The position numbers and the translations under genes were made by a program. The notes below the pieces were generated by a model, which was not told where the DNA came from, did no database searches, and saw only the letters and a list, made by a program, of their open reading frames with translations. 64,000 bases of DNA, taken from Candidatus Geohabitans tengchongensis. GTDB taxonomy: Bacteria; Sysuimicrobiota; Sysuimicrobiia; Sysuimicrobiales; Humicultoraceae. Positions 38,184 to 47,940 of this stretch are shown here, in pieces. The stretch covers positions 145,940 through 209,939 of the forward strand of contig JAVKIH010000002.1 in assembly GCA_031459625.1 (NCBI GenBank). The letters run 5' to 3'. The stretch's first letter is position 1; each line of letters starts with the position of its first letter.

Positions 38184-38414
38184 CTAACGCCCGGCCTGCT
38201 GGCGGACGATCCGCTCCGCCTCGGCCCGGCTGATCCAGTTGCCCGTCTGCTGGAAGACCAGCCAGCGCAGGTAGCCCGGCAGCGACATGTACATCGTCTG
38301 CTGGCTGAACGGCTCCAGCGTGCTGACGTTGGGCACCTGCTGCGCGGCGGCCCCCTGCACCAGCAGGGCGCCCACGACGAGCGCCGCGAGGACAAGGGAC
38401 GCCAGGACTCGCAT
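38184..38414 (-). CDS. Small secreted hypothetical protein (~76 aa, signal peptide MRVLASLVLAALVVGALLVQGAAA)
   Basis: Signal peptide + short mature region; ORF-track N-terminal extension likely spurious. Confidence 0.4.
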   Translation of the reverse strand: MRVLASLVLAALVVGALLVQGAAAQQVPNVSTLEPFSQQTMYMSLPGYLRWLVFQQTGNWISRAEAERIVRQQAGR

Positions 38415-38700
38415 GGCGCACACCTCCCTGGATTCTGGCATCGGGTCGGGCGGTCCGCCCCAGGCGGCCCGCCCGGAGAAGAGTTTCCCCCGCCCCGGGG
38501 ACCGGCTAACTCCTCCGCCCGACAGAGGGGCCGGAGCGGATCGGACAGAGGAGTTCCCCCGAACCGCCATCGAGACAGCCGGGAAGTGGCCGCAGGGTGC
38601 ATGGAGGCTGCGGGGCCGACGGCTGGCAGGGGGCAGGGGCGCGGCGATGAAGCAGGCCCCGACGACTGGCAGGGGCGCGGCGGCGGGCAGGCGAAGAGTG

Positions 38701-39750
38701 ATGCGACCGAGAGCGATGTCCCGCTGCTACTGCGTCGTCGCGCTCCTCGTCGTCGCCGCGCTCGCGCTCCCCGACCCGACCGCCGCCGCCGAGGCCCAGA
38801 CCGCCCTGGCCGCGGTCCTGGGAGCCTACCACCGTCTCCACGACGAGCACCTGCAGCCGCTTGGCCCCGAGGTCCTGCTCACCCGCGCGCTGGCCGCAGC
38901 CTTCCGCCAGGTCAGGGTGGGGCGTCCCGTCCCGTCACCGGTGGTGGCCGACGTCGGCGAGGCGGGGCGTCCGGCAGGCGCCTTTGACCTGCGCGGCGAC
39001 GAGGCCCGGGACCTGCAGCGGTTCCAGCAGGTCTTCCTGCTGGCCCTGGCGGGCGCGCCCCACCTCCCACCGTTGGTGGTGGGGCACGCGGCGATCCGCG
39101 GGATGACGCAGGCGTACCATGATCCCTACACCCGGCTGCTGGACGAGGACGGGGCTGCGGGGCCGCCGGTCCCCGGACGGACGGCCGTCACTGTCCGCGC
39201 CCTCGACGGCGGGCTGGCGCACCTGGTCGTGCCGACCCTGGCGGGGGCCGTGCCGCGTCAGGCCCTGCAGGCCATCACCGCGCTGCAGGCCCGCGGGACG
39301 CGAGGGCTGATCCTCGACCTGCGCGGCAACGGCGGAGGACCGGTCCTGGGCGCCATGCTGCTGGCCGGCCCGTTCCTGCCCTCCGGGCCCGTGGCGCGGG
39401 CGCGCTACCGCAGCGGGCGGACCGTCCCCTACCCTGTCCTGCCGGCGCGGCGGTTCGAGGGCGGCGTGGCGGTCCTGGTCGACGGGGGCACGGCGTCGGC
39501 GGCGGAGATCCTGGCCGCGGCGCTACAGGAGGAGGGCATCCCGCTGGTGGGCCGGCGGACGTACGGCAAGGCGCTGGTGCAGAGCGTGTGGCGCCTCCCC
39601 GACGGGGCGATCCTGCAGTACACGACTGCGCGCGTCCTCACCCCGCAGGGGCGGGACCTGGGCGATCACGGGCTCGCCCCCGACGTAGCGGTGGCCCGGG
39701 GTGAGGACCCGCTGGCCGCCGCGGCCGCGCTGCTGCGGGCGCGGCCCTGA
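38701..39750 (+). CDS. S41-family peptidase paralog (tail-specific protease-like), secreted
   Basis: Signal peptide after MRPRAMSRCYCVVALLVVAALA; S41 block VLVDGGTASAAEILAAAL; start could also be 38647 or 38716. Confidence 0.65.
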   Translation: MRPRAMSRCYCVVALLVVAALALPDPTAAAEAQTALAAVLGAYHRLHDEHLQPLGPEVLLTRALAAAFRQVRVGRPVPSPVVADVGEAGRPAGAFDLRGDEARDLQRFQQVFLLALAGAPHLPPLVVGHAAIRGMTQAYHDPYTRLLDEDGAAGPPVPGRTAVTVRALDGGLAHLVVPTLAGAVPRQALQAITALQARGTRGLILDLRGNGGGPVLGAMLLAGPFLPSGPVARARYRSGRTVPYPVLPARRFEGGVAVLVDGGTASAAEILAAALQEEGIPLVGRRTYGKALVQSVWRLPDGAILQYTTARVLTPQGRDLGDHGLAPDVAVARGEDPLAAAAALLRARP

Positions 39751-39753
39751 GGG

Positions 39754-39798
39754 CTGAGGCCATACAGCGCGGTGTACTGCCTGAGGCCATACAGCGCG
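39754..39798 (+). repeat. Two copies of 18-bp direct repeat CTGAGGCCATACAGCGCG (period 27) just upstream of the cspA promoter
   Basis: Read directly at 39754-39771 and 39781-39798. Confidence 0.8.
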
Positions 39799-39827
39799 TT
39801 GCGTTCCCTCCCGGGGTGTGCTAGACT
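39799..39827 (+). promoter_or_regulatory. Sigma-A type promoter of cspA: -35 TTGCGT, 17-nt spacer, TG-extended -10 TAGACT; ~95-nt 5'UTR typical of cold-shock genes
   Basis: Hexamers and spacing read directly; SD GGAAAGGGG before ATG 39927. Confidence 0.6.
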
Positions 39828-39926
39828 CCGCGCGGCAGGTAAGGCGCGGGGCGTCCCCGTACGTCAACAGCGCAGTATCTGTACGTCACCCGCCCAGGGC
39901 GGGACAAGAGGAAAGGGGTTGTCTCC

Positions 39927-40127
39927 ATGGCAACTGGTACGGTCAAGTGGTTCAGCGCGGAGAAAGGCTACGGCTTCATCTCCGTGGAAGGCGGCAAGGA
40001 CGTCTTCGTGCACTACACGGCGATTCAGGCCGACGGCTTCCGGAACCTCCAGGAAGGCCAGGCGGTGCAGTTCGACATCGTCGAGGGGAAGAAGGGGCCG
40101 CAGGCCGCCAACGTGATCCCGCTCTAA
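39927..40127 (+). CDS. cspA: Cold-shock protein (CspA family)
   Basis: 66 aa [20 protein letters not shown]…FVHYTAIQ: RNP1/RNP2 motifs. Confidence 0.95.
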   Translation: MATGTVKWFSAEKGYGFISVEGGKDVFVHYTAIQADGFRNLQEGQAVQFDIVEGKKGPQAANVIPL

Positions 40128-40151
40128 GACGCACCTGTCGGACCACGACCG

Positions 40152-40190
40152 GGAAGCCCGGGCATGCCCCGGGCTTCCGGCATTTCTCAG
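40152..40190 (+). terminator. Rho-independent terminator of cspA: 11-bp perfect stem GGAAGCCCGGG-catgc-CCCGGGCTTCC followed by GGCATTTCTC
   Basis: Read directly 25 nt after the cspA stop. Confidence 0.7.
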
Positions 40191-40253
40191 CCCCCGGGAC
40201 ACATCCCCCGGGAGACAAGGAAGTGGCCGGCGGGAGGTGAAGTAGCCGAGCCG

Positions 40254-40526
40254 ATGGGACTGCTCGGTCTGGTGCAGCTCCTCTTCCGGCTCGTCTACCT
40301 CCTGCTGCTGGCCCGGGTGGTGATGTCGTGGGTCTTCCCGCGCGGTGTCGACCACCCCGTGGCGCTGGCGATCTACCGGCTCACCGACCCCATCCTCGAA
40401 CCGCTGCGCCGGCTCGTCCCCCCCATCGGCGGCCTCGACATCTCCCCCATCCTGGCGTTCCTGGTCCTGGGCCTCCTCGAGCGGCTGGTCGTGGAGGCGC
40501 TGGTGGCCTCAGGGCTGGCCTTCTGA
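40254..40526 (+). CDS. YggT family membrane protein
   Basis: 90 aa from MGLLGLVQLLFRLVYLLLL; YGGT repeat signature. Confidence 0.7.
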   Translation: MGLLGLVQLLFRLVYLLLLARVVMSWVFPRGVDHPVALAIYRLTDPILEPLRRLVPPIGGLDISPILAFLVLGLLERLVVEALVASGLAF

Positions 40527-41747
40527 GTCCCCGTCCCGTCGGTAGCGCCTGCGCCCCCGCGGGAGGCCCGGCACCGTGAGCGCTCCCAGCGCCAGGAGGG
40601 CCAGGGTGACGGTGAGGGTGCGCTGCAGGCCCACCGCGTCGGCGACGGCACCGAAGAGGGTGAGGGTGAGGGCGGCCACGCCCCAGGCCAGACCCATGAC
40701 GATGCTCGAGGCCAGGCCGGCGTGCTGCGGCAGGACCTCCTGGGCCATGACGATGGTCACCGGCGCGGAGAGGTAGATGATCACGCCGGCCACCGGCAGG
40801 AGGGCGAGGCGCCACCCCACCGGGGCCTGGAGGTAGAGCGCGAGGAGCGGCAGCGCGAGCAGGAAGGAGAGGGCCAGCACGGCCCGCCGGCCCCACCGGT
40901 CGGCCAGCATGCCGCCCGTGACACCTCCGATGGCGCCGATGCCCCCGAAGAGGAAGACGGCGGTGCCGCCCATGACCAGCGACACCCCCTGCTGCCGAAG
41001 CAGCAGCGGCAGGAAGGTCAGGAACGTCAGCGTCACGATGCTCCGGACGACCACGTAGGCCCACAGCAGTCCCAGCGTGCGGCGCTCCAGCGCCAGCGCC
41101 GACCCGAGCGTGCCGCGCCGCGCGGGCGGGGCCGTGGGCCAGCGGGCGACGGCCAGCGCCAGGGCTGCCGCCGCCACCACCCCGGGGAGGGCCGCCGCGC
41201 CTGTCGCGTCCAGGCCCTGCCACTGCACGATCGCCGAGATGTACAGGGGGCCCAGCGCGTAGGCCAGCTCGCCGCCGGCCACGAAGATGGAGAGCCCGGC
41301 GGCGCGCCGGTCGCCGCTCAGGTGGCCGGCCAGGGCCGCGCCCTGGGGGTGGAAGGCGGCGGTGCCGAGGCCGGCGGCGAAGAGCGCCAGGACGAGCACC
41401 TGGTACGCCGGCAGGAGCCCCAGCAGCGCCATCGCCGCCACGGTCAGCGCCGGACCCACGGCGGCCAGCACGCCGGTGCGCAGGCGGTCGGCGAGCAGGC
41501 CGAAGAGGGGCTGCGCCAGAGCCGCCGCCGTGTTGAGGATCGTGCCGAGCAGGCCGGCCAGCGCCAGGCTGAGGTCGAAGCGCGCGACCACCAGCGGCAG
41601 GAGCGGGGCCAGCCAGCTCATGTGGAAGTCGTTGAGGAAGTGGTTGGCCGTCACCCCGAGCAGGCGGCGGAGGTCGGGCGCGCGCGGCGGAGCGACGGGA
41701 GGCACGGCTGGAGCCGGACGGGTCGGTGCGAGGGACACGCCGCCCAT
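40509..41747 (-). CDS. MFS transporter
   Basis: 412 aa, 12 TM; MFS motifs (GLLADRLR, GMLADRWGRR); ORF-track fuses it to >900 aa of antisense read-through. Confidence 0.8.
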   Translation of the reverse strand: MGGVSLAPTRPAPAVPPVAPPRAPDLRRLLGVTANHFLNDFHMSWLAPLLPLVVARFDLSLALAGLLGTILNTAAALAQPLFGLLADRLRTGVLAAVGPALTVAAMALLGLLPAYQVLVLALFAAGLGTAAFHPQGAALAGHLSGDRRAAGLSIFVAGGELAYALGPLYISAIVQWQGLDATGAAALPGVVAAAALALAVARWPTAPPARRGTLGSALALERRTLGLLWAYVVVRSIVTLTFLTFLPLLLRQQGVSLVMGGTAVFLFGGIGAIGGVTGGMLADRWGRRAVLALSFLLALPLLALYLQAPVGWRLALLPVAGVIIYLSAPVTIVMAQEVLPQHAGLASSIVMGLAWGVAALTLTLFGAVADAVGLQRTLTVTLALLALGALTVPGLPRGRRRYRRDGDSEGQP

Positions 41748-41813
41748 TATACCGGAGGTCCCCCACGCGACGAGGAGACGGCGCGCGCGGCCGGCGAATC
41801 CCTTGGCGGAACC

Positions 41814-44708
41814 ATGACGACGGAGACGCTCGCCCGACGGCTGCGCGAAGCCGTCCGCGGGGAGGTGCGCTTCGACGCCTTCTCCCGCGTCCTCTACAGC
41901 ACCGACGCCTCGATCTACCAGATCCTGCCCATCGGCGTGGTCCTGCCCCGCGACGCCGACGACATCGCCGCGGCGCTGCGGGTCTGCGCCGACGCCGGCG
42001 TGCCGGTGCTCCCGCGCGGGGCCGGCACCAGCCTGGCCGGCCAGACGGTCGGGCGGGCCGTGGTGCTGGACTGCTCGCGCCACATGGACCGCATCCTGGA
42101 GGTCGACCCGGCGGAGCGGCGGGCGCGGGTCGAGCCCGGCGTCGTGCAGGACGTCCTGAACCAAGCCGTGGCCCCCTACGGCCTGCGCCTGGGCCCCGAC
42201 ACGGCCACGAGCAACCGGGCCACGCTCGGCGGGATGATCGGCAACAACTCCGCGGGCGCCCGCTCCATCGTCTACGGGAAGATGGTCGACCACGTCGAGC
42301 GCCTGCGCGTGCTGCTGGCCGACGGCACCGAACTCCACCTGGGGCCGCTGGACGACGCGGCGCTGGCGGCCGTCCGCGCCCGCCCGTCCCGCGAGGGGCG
42401 GCTGGTGGACACCGTCCTGCGCCTGGTCGAGGCCCACCGCGACGAGATCGACCGCCGCTACCCCAGGCTCCTGCGGCGCGTCGCCGGCTACAACCTGCCC
42501 GAGCTGCTCCTGCGGCCCTTCAACCTGGCCCGCCTGATCGTCGGCTCCGAAGGGACACTGGGCGTCGTCACCGAGGCCACGGTGCGCCTCGTCCCCCGCC
42601 CGCGCCACACCGCCCTGGCCGTGGTCCACTTCGCCGACCTGCTGGAGGCGCTGGAGGCCACGCAGGTCATCCTGCCCCACGGCCCCTCGGCGGTGGAGCT
42701 GCTCGACCGCATGATCCTGGAGATGACCCGCGCCCAGCTGGAGTACGCCCGCCGCCTCACCTTCGTGCAGGGGGAGCCGGAGGCGCTGCTCATCGTGGAG
42801 TTCAGCGGGGAGCGCCGGGAGGAGGCGCTGGAGCGCCTCGACGCCATGACGCGCGCGCTGGCGGCGGCCCGGATGGGGTACGCGGTCGTGCCCGCCGTGG
42901 AGGCGGCCGAGCAGGACAACATCTGGCGCGTGCGCAAGGCCGGCCAGGGGCTGCTGCAGGGGGTGAAGGGCGACACCAAGCCCATCACCTTCGTCGAGGA
43001 CACGGCGGTCCCGCCGGCGGTCCTGGCCCCCTACATCCGGCGCCTGCGGGCGATCCTGGAGGCGCACGGCCTGCGCGCGGCCGTCTACGCCCACGCCAGC
43101 GTCGGCTGCCTGCACGTCCGCCCCCTCATCAACTTGAAGGACGCGCAGCAGGTGGCCACGATGCGCGCTGTCGCCGAGGCGGTGGGGGAGCTGGTCCTGG
43201 AGTTCGGCGGGGCGATGAGCGGCGAGCACGGGGACGGGTTGGTGCGCGGCTGGTTCCTGGAGCGCTACTTCGGGCCGGTGGTCTACGACCTCTTCCGCCA
43301 CATCAAGCGCGCCTTCGACCCGCAGGGGCTGATGAACCCCGGGAAGATCGTGGACGCCCCACCCATGACCGAGGACCTGCGCTACGGCCCCGGCTACCGC
43401 ACGATCGCCGTCCCCACCGTCTTCGACTGGAGCCGCGACGGGGGGTTCGCCGCCGCGGTGGAGCTGTGCAGCGGCGTGGGCGCCTGCCGCAAGACCACCG
43501 ACGGCGTCATGTGCCCCTCCTACATGGCGACGCGCGAGGAGGAGCACAGCACGCGCGGGCGCGCCAACCTGCTGCGGGCGGTCCTCTCCGGGGTGCTGCC
43601 GCCCGAGGAACTCACCGGGCGCCGCCTGTACGAGGCCCTCGACCTCTGCCTGGAGTGCAAGGGGTGCAAGGCGGAGTGCCCGGCCAACGTGGACATGGCC
43701 AAGATGAAGTACGAGTTCCTGGCCCGCTACCACGAGGCGCACGGCACGCCCCTGCGCGCCCGCCTCTTCGCCCACGTCCACACCCTGAGCCGCTGGGGCG
43801 CCGCGGCGGCCCCCCTCGCCGGGGCGCTGGCCCGCTCCACCCCGGTGCGCTGGGCGCTGGACCGGTTCCTGGGGATCGACCGGCGGCGGCCGCTGCCGCC
43901 GCTGGCCCGCCCCACCTTCGACCGCTGGTGGCACCGGCGCAACGGGACCGCTCCGGCGCCGGACGCGCCGCGCGTGGCGCTCTTTGCCGACACCTTCACG
44001 CGCTTCACCGTGCCCGAAGTGGGGCGGGCGGCGGTGCAGGTGCTGGAGGCCCTGGGCTACCGGGTGGAGGTGCCGGCGGTGGGGTGCTGCGGGCGGCCGA
44101 TGATCAGCAAGGGCCTCCTGCGGGAGGCGCGCCGCGCCGCCGAAGCCAACGTCCGCCGCCTCCTCCCCTACGCGGCCGCGGGAATCCCCATCGTCGGGCT
44201 GGAGCCCTCCTGCCTGCTCACCTTCCGCGACGAGGTGCCGGACCTGCTGCCGGGCGAGGACACGCGCACCCTGGCCGCGCACGCCGTCCTCATCGACGAG
44301 TTCTTGGCCCGCCACCTCGAGGCGTCGCCCGCGGGGCTGGGCGCGGTGGGGGACGGGCGCCGGGTACTGCTGCACCCGCACTGCCACCAGCGGGCGGCGG
44401 TGGGGACCGGGCCTGCTACGGCAGTGCTGCGGGCGGCGGGGTTCGCGGTGGACGTGGTGGACTCGGGGTGCTGCGGGATGGCCGGCGCCTTCGGGTACGA
44501 ACGGGAGCACTACGCGCTCTCCATGGCCATCGCCGAACGCCGCCTGCTCCCGGCGGTGCGCGCGCTCCCCCCCGAGGTGGAGGTGGTGGCGATGGGCATC
44601 TCCTGCCGCCAGCAGATCGCCCACGGGACGGGTCGGCGGGCGAAGCACCTGGTGGAGGTGCTCGCCGGCGACGCGGGCCGCAGCGCCGTCCGGGCGGCGA
44701 GAGCCTAA
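41814..44708 (+). CDS. FAD-binding oxidase fused to 4Fe-4S and CCG (cysteine-rich) domains (GlcD-GlcF fusion, YdiJ-like D-2-hydroxyacid dehydrogenase family)
   Basis: 964 aa; FAD_binding_4 N-domain, CLECKGCKAECP ferredoxin motif, two CCG domains (CCGRPMIS…, CCGMAGAFG). Confidence 0.8.
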   Translation: MTTETLARRLREAVRGEVRFDAFSRVLYSTDASIYQILPIGVVLPRDADDIAAALRVCADAGVPVLPRGAGTSLAGQTVGRAVVLDCSRHMDRILEVDPAERRARVEPGVVQDVLNQAVAPYGLRLGPDTATSNRATLGGMIGNNSAGARSIVYGKMVDHVERLRVLLADGTELHLGPLDDAALAAVRARPSREGRLVDTVLRLVEAHRDEIDRRYPRLLRRVAGYNLPELLLRPFNLARLIVGSEGTLGVVTEATVRLVPRPRHTALAVVHFADLLEALEATQVILPHGPSAVELLDRMILEMTRAQLEYARRLTFVQGEPEALLIVEFSGERREEALERLDAMTRALAAARMGYAVVPAVEAAEQDNIWRVRKAGQGLLQGVKGDTKPITFVEDTAVPPAVLAPYIRRLRAILEAHGLRAAVYAHASVGCLHVRPLINLKDAQQVATMRAVAEAVGELVLEFGGAMSGEHGDGLVRGWFLERYFGPVVYDLFRHIKRAFDPQGLMNPGKIVDAPPMTEDLRYGPGYRTIAVPTVFDWSRDGGFAAAVELCSGVGACRKTTDGVMCPSYMATREEEHSTRGRANLLRAVLSGVLPPEELTGRRLYEALDLCLECKGCKAECPANVDMAKMKYEFLARYHEAHGTPLRARLFAHVHTLSRWGAAAAPLAGALARSTPVRWALDRFLGIDRRRPLPPLARPTFDRWWHRRNGTAPAPDAPRVALFADTFTRFTVPEVGRAAVQVLEALGYRVEVPAVGCCGRPMISKGLLREARRAAEANVRRLLPYAAAGIPIVGLEPSCLLTFRDEVPDLLPGEDTRTLAAHAVLIDEFLARHLEASPAGLGAVGDGRRVLLHPHCHQRAAVGTGPATAVLRAAGFAVDVVDSGCCGMAGAFGYEREHYALSMAIAERRLLPAVRALPPEVEVVAMGISCRQQIAHGTGRRAKHLVEVLAGDAGRSAVRAARA

Positions 44709-44783
44709 GGGTCCGGAGCGGTCCCCGCTCGATCTCCAACCCGCAACGCGTGTAGCGCGGACGACACCGCGGAGTCGGCCAAC

Positions 44784-44814
44784 CCGCCGCGCGGCGCCTC
44801 TTGCGCGCGGCGGG
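44784..44814. terminator. GC-rich 9-bp-stem hairpin (CCGCCGCGC…GCGCGGCGG) between convergent ydiJ-like and DUF72 genes; possible bidirectional terminator
   Basis: Read directly; no clear U-tract. Confidence 0.3.
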
Positions 44815-44849
44815 GGTCGAGGCCGGCGGCCTCGGCCGGCACGAGCGCC

Positions 44850-45623
44850 TCAGCCAACGCGCCGCGCTCCCCGGCCCGCGCGGGCGCCCGCCGGCTCGCC
44901 CGCGCGCACCAGCGCGGCGAAGCGGCGGGCGTCCTCCCACATGGCCACGTTGTTGAAGAGGACGTACGTCTCGCCGCGGCAGCGGGCGCGCAGGAGGGCC
45001 AGGTCGTCGTCGGTGTAGCGGTAGCGGTACCCGCCGCGCCCGTGCAACCGGTAGTAGCGCGGCCGACCGGCGACCGGCGACGCGACGAACGGGTCCACGG
45101 CGTGGATCAGGTCCAGCTCGCGGCACAGCGCGCGCACGAGGGTAGCCGGCCACGCACCGCGGGGCTCCCAGGCGAAGCGCAGGCCGTCCCGGTCGACCCG
45201 CGCGAAGAAGCGGCGCAGCCGCTCGACGTTGCCGTCGGAGGGGAGGAAGCTGGCCGGGCACTGGAAGAGGACCAGGCGGGCGCGCAGTACCCGGGCGATC
45301 TCCCGCGTCGCCTCCCAGGCCTGGGCCACCTCCTCGGTGGGGGCGAAGCTGCCGTAGCGGTCGTGGTGCGCCTCGGGGATGGCGCGGCCGAGGCGACGGT
45401 AGGTCGGGCTGGTGGGCGGGTGGGTGATGAGCTGCCAGGCCTTCAGGGTGAACTCGAAGGACTCCGGGACGCGCGCGCGCCACCGCGCCGCCGTGGCCGG
45501 GCGCGGCGGGCGGTAGAAGGTCTGCTGCACTTCCACCACCGGCATCTCACGGGCATAGAGGTCGAGCCGGCGGGGGAACCCGCAGCAGCCGACGCGGATG
45601 GCCTCGGGGCGTTGCACGGGCAT
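44850..45623 (-). CDS. DUF72 domain-containing protein (UPF0759)
   Basis: 257 aa; IRVGCCGFP…LKAWQLITH… typical DUF72. Confidence 0.7.
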   Translation of the reverse strand: MPVQRPEAIRVGCCGFPRRLDLYAREMPVVEVQQTFYRPPRPATAARWRARVPESFEFTLKAWQLITHPPTSPTYRRLGRAIPEAHHDRYGSFAPTEEVAQAWEATREIARVLRARLVLFQCPASFLPSDGNVERLRRFFARVDRDGLRFAWEPRGAWPATLVRALCRELDLIHAVDPFVASPVAGRPRYYRLHGRGGYRYRYTDDDLALLRARCRGETYVLFNNVAMWEDARRFAALVRAGEPAGARAGRGARRVG

Positions 45624-45662
45624 GCGCTCGCGGCCCCCCTTCGCCGCGAGGGCGCAGGGCTC

Positions 45663-46423
45663 CTACGGACCGCCCCTCCCGGCGCGGCGGCGCCGCAGCA
45701 CGCCGCGCACCGCCTCCAGGCTCACGCCGCGCTCGACCAGCAGCACCAGGGTGTGGTAGAGGAGGTCGGCCGCCTCCTCGGCCACCCGCTCATCGCGCTC
45801 GGCGACGGCCGCGCGCACGAGTTCTCCGGCCTCCTCACGGACCTTCGCCCCGATGCGCGCGCGCCCGGCTCGCAGGAGGGCGGTGGTGTAGGACCCTGCG
45901 GGCAGCTCGGCACGGCGGCGGACGAGCAGCGCAAAGAGCTCGTCCAGGATGTCGGGCGCCGCTCCCCCGGGTGTCGCCGGCGGGAGGAGGGTCGAACCAT
46001 CGGGAGCGCGGAAGAAGCAGGAAGGCTCGCCGGTGTGGCAGGCGGGGCCGGTCTGGTCCACCAGCAGCAGCAGAGCGTCGCCGTCGCAGTCCACCCGCAC
46101 CTCGCGCACCGTCTGGGTGTGGCCGGAGGTCTCGCCCTTGCGCCACAGCGCCGCTCGGCGGCGGCTCCAGTACCAGGCCTGCCCGGTGGCCAGCGTGCGC
46201 GCCAGCGCCTCGGCGTTCATCCACGCCACCATGAGGATCCGACCGGTGCGCGCCTCCTGCGCGACGACCGGCAGAAGACCGTCCGGGCCGAACTGCACGG
46301 CGCGCGTCCGCGCGTCCTCCGCAGCCCGCGCGTCCTCGGCAGGCCGCCCATCCTCGACCGACCGCACCGGCATGGGGTCGGGCTGCGGCCTGCCGGCGGC
46401 GTCCGTCCCGCTCATGGGATCGG
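45663..46423 (-). CDS. hisI: Bifunctional phosphoribosyl-AMP cyclohydrolase / phosphoribosyl-ATP pyrophosphatase HisIE
   Basis: ~253 aa; HisI core ([26 protein letters not shown]) and HisE C-terminus. Confidence 0.85.
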
Positions 46424-47200
46424 TCCTCCCACCGGCGTCTCCCGGCGCACCGCCACGCCCCGCGCCTCCAGGTAGCGCTTCACCTCGTCGATGCGCACCG
46501 CCCCCGTGTGGAAGATGGACGCGGCCAGGGCGGCATCGGCCTTGCCCGCGGTGAGGACGGCGTGGACGTGCTCCGGGGTCCCCGCCCCGCCCGAGGCGAT
46601 GACCGGGATCGCCACGGCCTCGGCGACGGCGCGCGTGAGCGCCAGGTCGTAGCCCTCCTGGGTGCCGTCGCGGTCGATGCTCGTCAGCAGGATCTCCCCG
46701 GCGCCCCGCGCGGCCACCTCCTGCGCCCACGCCACCGCGTCCCGCCCGGTGGGGCGGCGGCCGCCGTGGGTGTAGACCTCCCACCCGTCGCCGGCGGCGC
46801 GCCGCTTCGCGTCGATGGCCACGACCACGCACTGGCTGCCGAAGCGGTCGGCCGCCTCCTCGACCAGCGCCGGGTCGGCCACCGCCGCCGTGTTGACCGC
46901 CACCTTGTCCGCGCCCGCCCGCAGGAGCCGCCGCACGTCCTCCACCGAGCGCACCCCGCCGCCGACGGTCAGCGGGATGGTGAGACGGGCCGCGGCCGCC
47001 CGCACCGCCGCCTCGAGCGTCTCCCGGCCCTCCACGGAGGCCGTGATGTCGAGGAAGACCACCTCGTCCGCGCCCTCCCGGTCGTAGAGCGCGGCCAGCT
47101 CGGCGGGGTCGCCGGCGTCACGCAGGTTCACGAAGCGGACACCCTTCACCACCCGGCCGGCATCCACGTCCAGGCAGGGGATGATGCGCGCGGCTACCAT
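46412..47200 (-). CDS. hisF: Imidazole glycerol phosphate synthase cyclase subunit HisF
   Basis: 262 aa; [23 protein letters not shown]…. Confidence 0.9.
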   Translation of the reverse strand: MVAARIIPCLDVDAGRVVKGVRFVNLRDAGDPAELAALYDREGADEVVFLDITASVEGRETLEAAVRAAAARLTIPLTVGGGVRSVEDVRRLLRAGADKVAVNTAAVADPALVEEAADRFGSQCVVVAIDAKRRAAGDGWEVYTHGGRRPTGRDAVAWAQEVAARGAGEILLTSIDRDGTQEGYDLALTRAVAEAVAIPVIASGGAGTPEHVHAVLTAGKADAALAASIFHTGAVRIDEVKRYLEARGVAVRRETPVGGPIP

Positions 47201-47940
47201 GCGCCTCCTCCCGTGGCCGTTCCCGTTCCGACAGCCATCAGGTCAACCCGTCCCTCGTACAGCGCCCGGCCCACGATGGCCCCGGCCGCGCCCGCCTCCG
47301 CCAGCGCCGCCAGGTCCTCGGGGCGGCCCACGCCCCCGGCCGCCAGGACGGGGACCTGCACAGCCCGGCAGAAGGCCCGGACCGCCTCCACGTCCGGTCC
47401 TGTCAGCGTCCCGTCCCTGCTCACCGCCGTGTAGATGAAGCGCCGGATCCCCGCGTCGACCAGCCGCCGGGCCAGGTCGAGCGGGGCGTCCCCGGCCGCC
47501 CTCCACCCGTCCACCATCGCCCGCCCGCCCCGCACGTCCAGGGCCGCAGCGACCCGCTCGCCGAACCGCCCCGTCGCCGCAGGGGCCAGGGCCAGGGCGG
47601 CGGTGCCGAGCACCACGCGGGCCACGCCGGCAGCGAGCAGCCGCTCGACGTCCTCGAGCGTGCGCACGCCGCCGCCGGCCTGCACCGGCACGGGGACCGC
47701 CCGGGCGATCGCCTCGATGAGGTCGCGGTGCACGGGACGGCCGGCGAAGGCGCCATCGAGGTCCACCACGTGCAGCCAGGGAGCGCCCCGCTGTGCCCAG
47801 GTCCGCGCCACCGCCACCGGGTCGCCACTGTAGACGCGCTCGCGGGCGGGATCCCCCTGGACGAGGCGGACGCAGCGGCCGGCGCGCAGGTCCACCGCCG
47901 GGATCACCGCGAACGTGCGGAGCGGCGCGGGGAGCGTCAT
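47194..47940 (-). CDS. hisA: ProFAR isomerase HisA
   Basis: 248 aa from [26 protein letters not shown]; ATGA overlap with hisH stop. Confidence 0.85.
   Translation of the reverse strand: MTLPAPLRTFAVIPAVDLRAGRCVRLVQGDPARERVYSGDPVAVARTWAQRGAPWLHVVDLDGAFAGRPVHRDLIEAIARAVPVPVQAGGGVRTLEDVERLLAAGVARVVLGTAALALAPAATGRFGERVAAALDVRGGRAMVDGWRAAGDAPLDLARRLVDAGIRRFIYTAVSRDGTLTGPDVEAVRAFCRAVQVPVLAAGGVGRPEDLAALAEAGAAGAIVGRALYEGRVDLMAVGTGTATGGGAW

Noticed and set aside
40722-44708. ORF-track giants that fuse neighbouring genes (40722..44708, 40509..44648, 9545..12127, 31177..33750, 47194..48786, 20041..21591, 21300..22829, 11587..13158, 14953..16665)
   Set aside because: Only the distal parts match known protein families. 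The proximal parts are read-through of adjacent genes in other frames. They were split at conserved N-termini and at ATGA/GTGA junctions.
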